Source: the human T2T-CHM13v2.0 reference genome, Homo sapiens. Taken from it: 64,000 bases of DNA. The notes below the pieces were generated by a model. It saw only the letters and a program-made list of their open reading frames with translations. It did not search any database and was not told the origin of the DNA. Where the stretch lies: NCBI RefSeq assembly GCF_009914755.1, contig NC_060933.1, one strand, 5' to 3'. Position 1 is the stretch's first letter. Each line of letters starts with the position of its first letter. Shown here piece after piece: positions 25,256-39,845 of the stretch. The position numbers and the translations under genes were made by a program.

Positions 25256-27699
25256 AATTCACTGCATTCCTCATTCCACAGACCCTCCTTTACTGTATTT
25301 ATAGACCATACAGGTATGTGTGGATGTCACTGCTGATGAAGAAAGGCAGTTCTCCCAAGGGCCACACTGTGAGCACTGGCCAGCATTTCTGAAATTCCAT
25401 CCTCTCCTCCATTGGCTCCCTTCCTTCATATGACACTGTACCGTGTGTGGAGACAGTCCCACGTTCCCAGACCCAGCCTCACATCCTCACCACCACCAAC
25501 CTTATAACTCATGGATAGTGTACAAAAGCGTCCACATTTGCCCACGAGGTGATTTTAAAAACCTATATGGGTCCCTGACCCTGTAGCAATGAGAGAGAGG
25601 GAGAGGGACTCGAATAAAGGCAGTTTGTGACAAAAAATTATTGACGTTTGCTACCTTTTGGAGAAAGGATGATAACAGTTGTCATCATTGGACAGCTCCA
25701 CTGAATAAATTGCAAAGTGATAGTGGAAATGCAGATAAACGTGTTTTGATACCCAACTGTCACAGGTCACACAAGTTGATGCCTATAAATCTCAATATTT
25801 AATCATGTATACTAATTAACAAGACTCCTAATTCACAGGGGTGAAGGTGGAAGGATTTTCCCCAATCTTACCATTTTCCATCCCCGAAATAACTTTTGAG
25901 TTTGAGGTTGAACCATGAGATTCCTGTTGGCTAGTAATCACTCATTCAGAAAAGAATCCCAGAATCCACCGAACGGAAAACTTCAAAGCATCTGATGTTC
26001 ATTGTATTATTCCAAGAATTACAATACCACACCCCCTTGGACTTTACAAAGTGCTAGAATGGCCTCAAAAATAAATAAATAAAACCAGCTATCCCAATCA
26101 CCTTGTTTCAGGTGAAGAAGCTGAAAGGCAGATTCTTGATGCAGCAAGCCAGTGGTGATGCGGAGAGGCAAACCCCGTCTCTGGTTTTTAGGCAGGTCCT
26201 CTCTCCACGGTCCATGCTGGGTTCACCAAGCCGTGGGTGCAAAGGGCCATTCACAAGGAGTGTTCACCACTGCGGCCTCTGGCTTCTGCTGATCCCCTTC
26301 AAAGCCATATTTGACCTTCCTTCTCCATCCTTTTCCATCCCACTTCTCAAGCGCCCAGTTTTATATCCCTTGAACTCCAACTAGGCATTGGAAGAATACC
26401 AAATTGTACTAACAACATTCATTCTTTTCAAACACAATCAGAGCAAGACAATTGCTACAACATCTATCCTTCCAGAACAAAGTACTCACTTCCCTCAACA
26501 CAGCTGACCCTCATTTACTGTGTGTAAGTAAAATGAGTCCTGAGCATCTGTTTCATGTGAATAAGGAAAACAAACAAGTCAGTGTACCATATCTGAATTT
26601 TAATAATGTCTGGCTATTATACAGCAAGGTTGCTGTACTATAAAAACTTGTTAAAGTGTGACTCATCCCACACTGTTTTCACTGGCCACCAGGCTCCCAA
26701 TTAAATACCAGCCAGTGAGCTGAGTGTCTGATGAGAGACCAGGAAACCTCACTACTGATAAGGTTAATATAATTAGTTACTTTTGCTGAGTGCCTGTGAG
26801 TCGCTCCCCAAATTTAAAACACAAATAGAAAACACAAGTGGGAGCATTTCCTTCATGTGTGGAATTCCTTGTGGCTGTCTCTGCCCACCCATTTCCCCTC
26901 CTGAGTCACACCTATCTGTAAAACACCCCTGTCCACCAGCAACCAGCATTTTACAAGACATACTATTAAAAAAACTCAAAACCGGGAACAATAGGATGTG
27001 CTCTCTTTTGTAGATTTGCAAATCCGATAGAGCTGCAGGCATTTATGGGCTGTAGGAAAAGTCCTCTGATCCTGCAGCTGGAATGTGTTCTCACATTTGA
27101 AGCTCTGCGAAAGAAAGAAAAAGAAAAGTTGAAGTTTAACTCTAATGTAGGAGGCAACCTGTTGTGCAGCTGATGGCATTCAGAGACAGTCAATGTGCAG
27201 GAAGTGCAGTTTGTGCTCTGAGGTGTATCGGACTCAGCAATCCACCCAGCTGCGAGCATCTTGGGATAGAGGCTGAAAGGTACTGTCTGGAGAGAGAGTC
27301 ACTCACTCACTGGTTCTCACCATTCCCCCAGGACAGCTTTTCTCACAAGCTACAGACTTTGGCCAGTGACTGGAACACATACACTTACTCTCATAGGACT
27401 CCAGCAAAACAAAACATGAATGTACTTTCAAGTGTTTGAGAATCCAAACCAAAAAAGAAAAATTTGAACGTGCCAGCCAGTATTACAGTGATGGTCCTCA
27501 TTCTTAATATATGTGAACCCCAAGTCCTACTCTGATTTTTAAGCAATTAAATAGTGATGATCACAGAGGGTCCCAGGCCCAGGTGTGGGTAACAGTGTTT
27601 AGCCAGTATAGACAGGTTGACTGCAAATGTACTCACTATAGAAACACAGCAGAATTGGTCATTAACCATCCTAATAGTTGTTTTACAAATATAAATTAG

Positions 27700-29990
27700 A
27701 ACATAATATTTTGCAATTGTATCCTGAAATAAAACCTATCACCAAAGTAAATTGCAGATTTGAGATAAAATGATAAAAGAACTAGAAGAATATGTGGACA
27801 AGTAGTTCTGTAATCTAAGAATGGGTTCGTCCTTCTAAGTATGAGACCAATGACAGAAATCACAACAGTGATGGATCTGACTGCCTAAAAACGAAAAGCA
27901 GTCAGGCAAATAACAGGAAAAAAAAATCCAAAAAACAGTAACAGCAATAAAAATTACTAACATAGGAAAGTACATAAAATTGAAAGCCTACAATCAACAG
28001 GAAAAAAATCCTTGACAACATAGAAAACAAAGAGTGAGTAAATTTAATATATACAAAGGAATTAAAAAATCATTAAGAAGAAGATCAGCACCTCATCGAA
28101 AAAAAACAAAGGACATAGTCTGGCCATTTACAAATACAGAAACTCAAATAACCAATAAACTTATTTTTTTAAGTATAATGTCCTCAATAATCAAAAAATA
28201 AAAATGTTAAATATAGATTTTTTTATTTATCCAGTTGGCGATTTTTAAAAAGATATACTGAAGGCCACTGTTGGGAAGGACGTGGGAAACCCTACCGACT
28301 GCAGGAGTGGCAATCAAGACAAACTTCCCCAGGTTGATCCTATAGCACTAGGAGGTAGCAGAAGCCCTACAATTTACATTTCATTTGACATTGGAATTTC
28401 ACATTTAATCTAATGAAACAATAATGTATAAGCACAACAATGAAACCATAACATTTATCACAGCGCATTTATAAAAGGGAAGTTGTATGGGGTAAATCAA
28501 CTAAAGAACATCTATAAAATAGAACACTAGACAGGTTAAAATTATATTGGAAAGGCGTTCATGGACTGTTAAATTTTAAGGTTGATTACAAAACAATACG
28601 ATCCTATATTTATAGACATTATATACATATGAGCACACACCACATATATATATCTATATGAAAGACATGTATACTCATGCACCACGTAATGATGTTTCAG
28701 TAAACAATGGACCACACATTTGACTGTGGTCCATAAGATTATGATGGAGCTGAAAAATTCCCATCACCTAGCGATGACGTAGCCTTCCTAATGTCATTGC
28801 ATTTCACAGTTCTCATGTGTTTGTGGTGATGCTGGCGTAAGCAAACCTACTGCACTGCCAGTTGTATAAAATTCTAGAACATCCAACTTATGGAGCTTAT
28901 ATAATACTTGATAATGATAATAAACAACTATGTTACTGGTTTATGTATTTACTATGCTAGATTTTTTATTATTGTTTTAGAGCCTACTCTTACTCAGAAA
29001 AACAAAATGTTAACTATAAAACTGCCTGAGACAGGTTCTCCAGGAGGTATTCCAGAAGAAGGCATTGAAATCATAGGAGATGATGGTTCCATGTGTTACT
29101 GCCCTTGGAGACCTTCCAGTGGGATAAGATGTCGAAGTGGAAGACAGTGATATTGATGATCTTCACCTAGGCTACTTATATGTTTGCATTTTAGTTTTTA
29201 ACAAAAAAAGTTCTAAAAACAAAAAATTTTAAAAATAGGAAAAAGCTTTATAGAATAAGGATATAAAGAAAAAAACATGAACAGCTGTACAATGTGTTCA
29301 TGTTTTAAGCTGTTATTACAAAACAGCCAGAAGTTTTCTAAAAAAAAAAATTAAAACATTTATAAAGCTAAAAATTTGCAGTAAGCTAAGGTTTATTTAT
29401 TATTGAAAAGAATATTTTAATAAATTTAGTGTAGTCTAAGTGTCCAGTGTTTATGAAGTCTACAGTAGTGTACACTCATGCCCTAGGCCTTCACATTCAC
29501 TCACCACTCACTCACTGACTCACCCAGAGCAACCTCCAGTCCACAAACTCCATTCAGCGTCAGTGACCTATGCAGGTGTACCATATCATATTTTTACTGT
29601 ACCTTTTCTATGTGTAGATATGTTTAAATACACAAAGACCATTGTGTTACACTTGCCTACAGTATTCAGTATGTAACATGCTGTACAGTTTGCAGCCTGG
29701 GCACTAGGCTGTCCCACACAACCTAGGTGTGTAGTAGGCTCTTCCATCTAGGTTGGTGCAAGTCCACCTTACAATGTTCACACAATGATGATGTGGTCTA
29801 ACAATGCATTTCTCAGAATGGATTCCTATCCTTAAGCGATGCATGACTATTCTCAGAAAAAAACAAAAAGGAAGTAAGCTAAAATGTCAGCGGTATCTAT
29901 AATGAGATCATGAATGATATTTATTTTATTTTTATTGCTTATCAATAGTTTCTAAATTTTTTATATAACATGTAACTTCTGTAACAATTT
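27700..29990 (+). mobile_element. Old L1ME 3' region interrupted by Tigger3b
   Basis: A-rich degenerate L1 ORF2/3'UTR (AAAAGAACTAGAAGAA, ACAAAGGACAT, TTTGACATTGGAATTTCAC), resuming after 29850. Confidence 0.55.
28672..29849 (+). mobile_element. Tigger3b (Golem) non-autonomous DNA transposon
   Basis: TIRs TACTCATGCACCACGTAA / TTAAGCGATGCATGACTA, about 1.18 kb, GGTCCATAAGATTATGATGGAGCTGAAAAATTCC. Confidence 0.88.
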
Positions 29991-31244
29991 TTTCAAATGC
30001 TGGATATTTTAAATAGAATTTTACAAGGTTACAGGAAAAACAAACAAACCGACAGGCTTATGTTTTTCCCACCAAACTAAATGGCTTTCATTTACTGCTT
30101 CCAAGGATTATGCAGCCTCTCTCTCCCCTGATCTGCGTCCAACTCTGAAATAATTTCCTTCACATCATGAAAAAATTATTCGAAACCCCAAGCTCACTCA
30201 TTCAATTAACTCCCTACCTCTTCCTTACTCAATATTCAATTAACATTGAATCACTTTAAGTCTTGCTATTTTAAAACTCGCCCTGGTTAATCTGTTTTTT
30301 TAAACGGCTAGCTCTTCTTTTTACCTCTGAGTCTTTGTACGTGTCTGGACATAAGAGGACATTTGGAAACAAGGAACCTGGTGGGTCTTCACAGAGATGC
30401 TTCACTCACCTTCCAGTGTCCACTGTAAAGATGCATAGGTGTGGACAGCAAAGTGGAACAATGTAGAAGCTTCCAGCTTGGAACCAGATGACATGTCCAG
30501 GAAAGCAAGGCATGGTGTGACATGAGAATGCCTGGCACAGGTCAAGCTGAAAATCTTTTTTTTAATGTCCAGACTGTGCAATGCATGGGGCTCTGGCCCC
30601 TGTCTGCAGCTGGACCCCAGAGTGGCTTTGGACAAGCAATTTAATTGATCCGGGCATCAATTATCTCATTTCTAAAACTACAAATGACATCTAAACCGAT
30701 GGTAGCTTACATCCTTTTCAACCCAAATTATGTTCTCTAACACATCCCTTGAATCAGACCATAGCCCAGTGTCATTACAAATGCATTTCCTTTTGTTACT
30801 ATGTATTCTGGGGGTATTTCATCTATTTCACAAATTGTTCCAATGTTCATCACATCTTATGAATAATGGACTTCTTTTATCATTTTCCTCAGGTTTTCTC
30901 CATCCTTCATTTTCTCCCCTCTTCCATCTTCCTGCATTGATTCAGACTACATGTGAGTCATTTATTTCTCTACAGACTGGGGACTGGCCCTTTGTTTTTT
31001 AACCTGAGGGAAGTTCATCATGGGAAATGTTTTCATCTATTAAAACTTACCACATATATTGTTATTTCAAGTTTAAAAAAGAAACAGTCAGAAAACAGAA
31101 GAGTAAAGATTATAAAAGATATCCTTTATGTGGCCCAGAATGGGGCTAACTTTCTGTAAAGTTTGCAAACAAAAGAACTATTCTCAATCCAAAGCAAAGA
31201 CAATCTTCCTGACCCCCTCATCCAAGACAAAAGAGGTCATTACT

Positions 31245-32298
31245 ATCTCAAAATGCTGATGAGGGTACAGAGAAACCTGATCGCTGGTACGTTAGTTTAC
31301 TAGTGGGAAAATACAATTGCATAGCCACTGTGAAAAAGAGTGTAACAACTTCTCGTAAAACGAAATATGCACTTACCATATGACCTAACAATTATACTCT
31401 TGGACATTTATGCCAGAGAAACAGAAACTTACATCCACACAAAAACCTGTAGACAGGTGTTCATCACAGCTTTATTCATAATAACCCCAAACAGAAACCA
31501 GCTGGACGCAGTGGTTCATGCCTGTAATCCAAGCACTTTGGAAGGCCGAGGTGGGAAGACTGCTTAAGCCCAGGATTTCAAGACCAAACTAGGCAACATA
31601 GTGAAACCCCTCTCTACAAAAAATATGAAAATTAGCTGGGCATGGTGGCATGTACCTGTGATCCCAGGTACTTGAGGGGGGCTGAGGCAGAAGGAGCACT
31701 TGACCCGGAGGTCAAGGCGCAGTGAGCCCTGATTGCACCACTGCACTCCAGCCCGGGTGACAGATTGAGACCTTGTCTCAAAAATAAAATAAAGAAAAAA
31801 AAAGAACCAACTAAAATGTCCTTCAGTGAGTGAATGGTTAAACAAACTGTAATACATTCAAACCATGAAATATTACTCAACAGTAAAAAGGAACAAACTA
31901 TTGATTATACACAGTAACTTGAATGGATCTCAAAAGGTTATGCTGAGTAGAAAAAAACATCTCAAAAGGTTGCAGCTGTATGATTGCATTTACACAACAT
32001 TCTTGAAATGCAAAATTATAATAGACAATAGATTAATGGTTGCTGAGGGCGGGCATGAGGGGAAGGGAGTATCTGTGGCTATAAAGGGATAACAGAAGGG
32101 ATCGTTGTGAAAATGTCCCATATCTTCACTGTGGTGGTGGTCACAGAAGTCTACACAGGTGATAAAATTATTAGAACTAAATATACACATACACACAAAT
32201 GAGCATGTGTAAAACCAGTAAAATCAAAATAAGGTCACTGGATTGTATCAATCTGAATTTTCTGGTTTGATATTATGCTATAATTACGTAAGATGTTG
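31245..32298 (+). mobile_element. L1MD-type 3' fragment with nested AluJ
   Basis: TTACCATATGACCTAACAATTATACTC, GAATGGATCTCAA, GTGGCTATAAAGGG..ACAAATGAGCATGTGTAAAAC. Confidence 0.8.
31499..31803 (+). mobile_element. AluJ
   Basis: GGAAGACTGCTTAAGCCCAGG, GGCAACATAGTG and GAGACCTTGTCTC J-type features. Confidence 0.92.
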
Positions 32299-32559
32299 AG
32301 AAAGAGAGGAAGATGGAAGAGAGAGAGATACTAACAGCAAATATATGGACAATGAAGAGCTAGAGAATGAAACTTAGTATTGAATTTTTCCTGTAAAATG
32401 TTCTTATCAAATGGAAATACAAATCTTCGTAGTCCACATTTCCTGAAATTTTACATTATTCCTAACTTTAGGTGTTCTATTTTGTCGTGGTTGTCATGGT
32501 GATATTTAAAGAGGGAGAACTGTACAGTGCTATACAAAGGATCCTATTTTCTTCAGAGA

Positions 32560-32930
32560 ACTGGAATAGCATTTCCTTAGCGTAGCATCTGCCACTGGTT
32601 TCCCACCCACATGGCTTGGCCCACCTCAGCGGTCACCTGCAGACAAAAATGCCAGGGAGTTGACACTTCAGGAGCAACCCACAAGCAATGATGGACAAGG
32701 GTTGGTGAGCGATGCTGCATGTTCCTCCCCCACCAGGGTGCATCAAGGTACGCTCTCCACCGTCTCTCAAAGGTCCCCGACAGGTTGAACCCCAGCTGCC
32801 CTCCCCAGGTTACTGTCACACCACTTCCTTCTTTCCTGTCACCCTCTCCCTCATTCCATCTCTCAAACAAACCACTTAAACCCAATTCCTTGTCTCAGGG
32901 TCTGCTCTTGGAAGGACCCATAAAGAGTCT
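32560..32930 (+). mobile_element. LTR16A-like ERVL LTR
   Basis: TGCCAGGGAGTTGACAC..GGAGCAACCCACAAGCAATGATGG..TCCTTGTCTCAGGGTCTGCTCTTGG. Confidence 0.7.
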
Positions 32931-33174
32931 TACACTGAAGATTCCTAGGTACCGATTCCAAGGTCCTGATCTTTAACAATTGAGCTTCTCCTTTTCCTCA
33001 TCATTACCAAACTCAGAGAAACTGCAACAAACCTCATGGAGATGTAACAAAATCTGATTTGTTTATTTAGCACTGACGACAATGCCCTTGGGTAAATACA
33101 GGCTTAGGCATGTCTGAATGGTCTCTATTTACCTGGTAACAAACATGGACGAGGGCCATTAGGCTGTTTGTTTA

Positions 33175-33498
<324 letters not shown>

Positions 33499-33774
33499 CT
33501 ATAAAGACTTTTTCTAGCCGGTTCCATTCACTGAAGCAAATCTGCATTCAGCGTACACTTTTTCAGAAAACTGACACACTTGTGTTCCAGTTCTAGTTTC
33601 TAGAAGAAGTCCAACCTGGATCTACAAACCCAGTAGTCCTGTCCAGAGAGCTGAGGTGTTGGCTGGTTTCCAAGGTACCAGCTAAGTGACTTGAGAAAGA
33701 CAACTTAAAGCAAACTCTGGTCAGAAAAATGAAGAAAGTAAAAGAATGTTTTAAGATCCGAAAAAATTCTAAAT

Positions 33775-33910
33775 ACAGTCAGTCATCTTTAGGTATACTT
33801 GGGAAATTGGTCCCAGGACCCCCTCGTACACCAAAATCCACACATACTCAAGTACTGCAGTCAGCCCTGTGGAGCCCTCACGTAGGAAAAGCCAGACCTC
33901 CTCATATGTA
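33775..33910 (+). mobile_element. MER2B-like TcMar-Tigger fragment
   Basis: TTGGTCCCAGGACCCCCTCGTACACCAAAATCCAC..CTCAAGT..CAGTCAGCCCTGTGGA. Confidence 0.7.
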
Positions 33911-35379
33911 CATCAGCCACAGCCCTATTAATTAATACCTTGAATCACTCTTCCCTCAATTTTGGCTGGTGGCAAGGCAGCCCTCTACTGTCATCATTTT
34001 CAATGGTTCTGCTATAAATATGTCTCTGTGTGTCTACTTAAACAGGGTAATATCTAAATGTACTTTATAAGCATATGAATGGAGCACCTGAAAGAAAGTG
34101 AACTGGAGGTCTGAATATTTAGACCTGTGCCTGGGGAGTGGCAAGAGGCAGGGAGGCAACTTTGGTCAAGTTCCTCAGACTTCCTGGGTCTCTGTTTACT
34201 TATCAGCAAAATAAAGGGTTTGAATTAGATAAGAAAGGAAGGCAAGCTCTGTTCCAACTTGACAAGTCTGTGATTCTAGATAATGTTTTTCTTTAGCAGA
34301 AAGGAGATCTGTTGATAGTATTATCATCCATGCACTGATTCACTGAACATTCCCTAAGCATCCTCTATGTAGCAAGTACTGAGCAAGGGATACCAAAATG
34401 TCACCTTGCATGAACAGATAGGCCTGGTCCAGGCTCTGCCACTGCCCTGCTTCTCACCTCCACTATTCCCTTCATCTTGGCTTCCTTTACTTCAGGTCCA
34501 ATGTGCCAGGAGCCAGTGTCCACCAGGCCAAGCTTAGGACATGTGCCTACATGTCCAACAAGATAGATGGACAAAGGATCTGACTTCCATCAGCTTTCAT
34601 GGTGGCGGGCAGCCGGGAGTGGCTATCACCAGGAACTGCCCACCCACCATGATGATACACAATAGCAAATTGCTCCAACAGGAGACAAGGCCACACAAGG
34701 AAGAGGGGGATTTGGATGTGAGACAGCAAAAAGAGGACACGTGTCATCCACATCTGCCTCCTTGAGCTCCTTGACATTCAGTGCCAATGTGTGACTACAT
34801 CTGTGCACTTGAGGGAAAGAGAGGAGCTTTAAACTTCATCCAGCTCTCTAAGGATGCTGATAGAGGCAGAGAGAAGGTGGGCCTGAGGGGTCTCTCCTGC
34901 TTTGGGGACAGATTGCTTTCCAGTTCACTTTTCATAATGTTCTCACATGAGACATGGCCAGGAGGAAGGCCCTCAAGAATCTGGAGGTGGATATTGGGAT
35001 CCCCTTTCTGGCTCTATCTGACTCTCAGTGTTTTGTCACCACCCCACTCTCAAAGGGCCAGCAGAGAAAATATTTAGGGCAGTATTCAGGACAAGGTGCC
35101 ATGCAGTGCCTGGGTTACCGGACACATGGGGAACTTCCCAGCATTTCACAGGTGAACACCACTGGCTGTGCTGGCCTAGGTTGGCAGTGGGTTTGGCCCT
35201 CCCCCAATGTATCAAAAGTTGACAGCATCAGGCTGTCCCAGATGCTGGTGCCAATGTACCTCATACCTACTTGGTGCTAGAAATCTTTCTGTCTCTACCA
35301 CTCCCTTCGCTCCATCTCCTCACTCACTCACTAACCAGTATCCTTAGAAGACCATTGTAAAAGAAACTTTGACATTTTG

Positions 35380-37030
<1,651 letters not shown>

Positions 37031-37129
37031 TATATATCAATTTTTTTAATGAAGGGGAAAACATCTGAACAGCATGAGCCTTCCATAAGTAGGAATCAGC
37101 AGGTTCAAGGCTAAGCCATAGATACTTTC

Positions 37130-37524
37130 TGACTGTGCTCCTCCTGAAGCCCCGCTACCCCTAGAAGTAATAAGCACTATCCTGTGTTTTGTGGCTGACA
37201 TTCTATTGCTGTTTTTAAAAATATGTTTACTGGCTGGGTGCAGTGGCTCATGCCTGTAATCCCAGCACTTTGGGAGGCTGAGATGGGAGGATCACTTCAG
37301 GCCAGGAGTTTAAAACCTGCCTGGCCAACATGGTGAAATCCCACCTCTACTAAAAACACAAAAATTAGCCAGGCATGGTGGTGTGTGCCTGTAATCCCAG
37401 CTACTTAGGAGGCTGAGGCAGGAGAATCGTTTGAACCTGGTAGGTAGAAGTTACAATGAGCCAAGATCATCCCACCGCACTTCAGCCTGGGTGACAGAGC
37501 GAGACTCCATCTTACACACACACA

Positions 37525-37562
<38 letters not shown>

Positions 37563-38130
37563 CAGAAAGTTTACTATTTTGCTTATTTAGCTTAATTTTT
37601 ACTATTTAGCTTAATTTTGTTAGTTCTGACCTTTATATAACAAAATCATGTTCAACATATTCTTCTGTGGCTTGCTTCTCTTGTTCTATAATTTGTTAGT
37701 GATATTCATGCATGCCAACGTGTGTAGTAGTAATAGCAGTGCATTCATTTTCACTGCTGTATAGTATTCTGAAATGTTCATTCCATTCTTAGTGAACATT
37801 TGTATTGTTTCCAGTGTTTTACTGTTTAAACATTGCTGCTGTGAGTGTATGTGAAAGAAGGACTCCTAGGTGTAAACCTAATGATAGAATTGCCCTGCCA
37901 TAGCATATATGCATATTCCTCTTTATTAAATAATGCAGAATGATTTTCCAAGTACTTGTATCAATTTTCCCTCTCACCAGCAGTATATAAGAGATCTGGT
38001 TACTTTGTATCCTCAACAACACTTAATATGTTCAGTCTTTTTAAGACCAATCTTGGGTGTGCAAAATGGCATCACAAGATGGTCTTTAATTTCCCTTTCC
38101 AAAGATCACCTCTTTGCCTATTAGTCTTTC
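37130..38130 (-). mobile_element. L1ME fragment (antisense) with nested Alu
   Basis: TTCATTTTCACTGCTGTATAGTATTC, TTGTTTCCAG, CTCACCAGCAGTATATAAGAG. Confidence 0.7.
37232..37560 (+). mobile_element. AluS whose tail is a (CA)n microsatellite
   Basis: Alu body to GAGACTCCATCT (~37512), then about (AC)23; TSD remnant GTTTACT. Confidence 0.93.
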
Positions 38131-38153
38131 TTATCACGTTCTAGTCCTGAAGG

Positions 38154-38310
38154 GCTTATGATTTAGGATTGCTCAGCGACATAAAACCAGGGGATAAATG
38201 TTTTGCTGAATCCCTGCTGCTTCCCCATCTTCCAGCTACCCCAAGCCCACACACGGGAACACACACACACACACACACTTAGCACATATCTAGCATGCAG
38301 CACCAACTAA
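38154..38310 (+). repeat. Local direct duplication, copy 1 (includes CA repeat)
   Basis: GCTTATGATTTAGGATTGCTCAGC..CCATCTTCCAGCTACCCCAAGCCCACACAC..GGAAC(AC)n, also present at 39669. Confidence 0.92.
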
Positions 38311-39668
38311 TGTCAGTGGAATGAAAAAACGATGCTTGTTCACAGGCCTCCCAATCCACAGGGCTCAGAAGGGAACAAAATAGGAACCTTGCCTGTGCAA
38401 TCAGAGAAGGGCAGGTAGGGTGTTGGATGAACCCATCTCTTGCAAGTTAGATCTCACGTGCCACTGTGGGGAGAGGCACAGGGGCACCGAAACATGGAGC
38501 CTGGGGGAAGGATCCGTGCCTTGTTTTTGTATTTTATTTCTCTTGGCAATAATTCTCTGTTGTTTGCACTGGAACCTCACATGAGAACATCAAATGGGGT
38601 TAAGGGTGGAGGGGAAAATGATGCAAAAGAATGTCCATCTTATTCTGATTCATAGAGCGATTTCCACCCAGGACTAAGAACAGTGATGGTAGGATCCTTT
38701 ACCAACTTGATCAACTTCCTCATCTCACTACAATTTATTTGATCTCTGCCTCCCTTTTTCAGACAGAGACCAAAGAGTGGCCTCCTCCAGAGGGAGAGGA
38801 ATGAGCTGGGCAGATGCTGAGTAAGTCCACTGACAGCCTGAGCTCAGTGACAATAATGCTGGGTGAAGCACTCATCATGACAGCCACGTTGGGCTGTTGT
38901 CATGATTGGCTGCATCATTAGGTCCCTTCCTCTTGCCTGTTTCCCCTTCACCCTCCCACAGCCACCAGTGGCGTACTCCTGGCAGCTGCCTCTTTGCAGA
39001 GTCTCCTTGCCCTGAAATTAAACCCATCAAACTGTCAGCCCCATTGCTGGGGCTGCTCTCATGTCAGCCCATGTCATGATGACAGATGATAGAAATGCTG
39101 CTATTCAGGCTTCATGGGGAGCGTCTGTTTCCTTTTTTAAATCGCTTTAAAAAGAAGATTGAGAGAAGATACCTGCTTGGCGGACAGAGCAGGATGACTA
39201 AGACAGCAAGTTCTTTTGCTGGCTCTTCTTGCCCGCTCAGTAGTTCTGGGTGACACTGCCTCTAGAATGTTAGGACCAGAGACAGCAGGAAGCCATCAGG
39301 GTAAGGGTGGGGAGCAAACTTCCAAAGAGAACAGCCTTGAGAGAGAGGAAGGAGAAGGGAAGGGACAAAGGCAGGTAAAGTCTTCCCCTTCCTGGAGTCG
39401 GCCTCTTCATAAACATCACCCAGCACATTCTTTATAAGCCCAGAGTCCTGGCCCTTGGTTAAAACTCAGTCTTGCATTCTCAGAAGAGTAGACTGGTAGA
39501 GATCAACTTTAAGATTTTTGTCCCAAGGCAATTCCAAAGCTTCCAGAATATCAGAGGTTTTCTCCTTCAGCCCTTCCAAGTGCATTGGCATTTACAGCAT
39601 GGTGAGAGGGGGCAGCACGGAAGCTGAAGGTTTTTTACCCCAAACACAAACAGCCTCCTCTTTGACAC

Positions 39669-39774
39669 GCTTATGATTCAGGATTGCTCAGCAACATAAA
39701 AGCTGTGGGAAAAATGCATTAACTGAATTCCTGCTGCTTTCCCATCTTCCAGCTACCCCAAGCCCACACACAGG

Positions 39775-39819
<45 letters not shown>

Positions 39820-39845
39820 TGGATGTATAATTGCAACAACTAAAT
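39669..39845 (+). repeat. Local direct duplication, copy 2 (includes longer CA repeat)
   Basis: GCTTATGATTCAGGATTGCTCAGC..CCATCTTCCAGCTACCCCAAGCCCACACAC..GGAAC(AC)n. Confidence 0.92.

Noticed and set aside
25562-25570. CCTATATGG as an SRF CArG box
   Set aside because: Only five A/T between CC and GG, so it is not a canonical CArG
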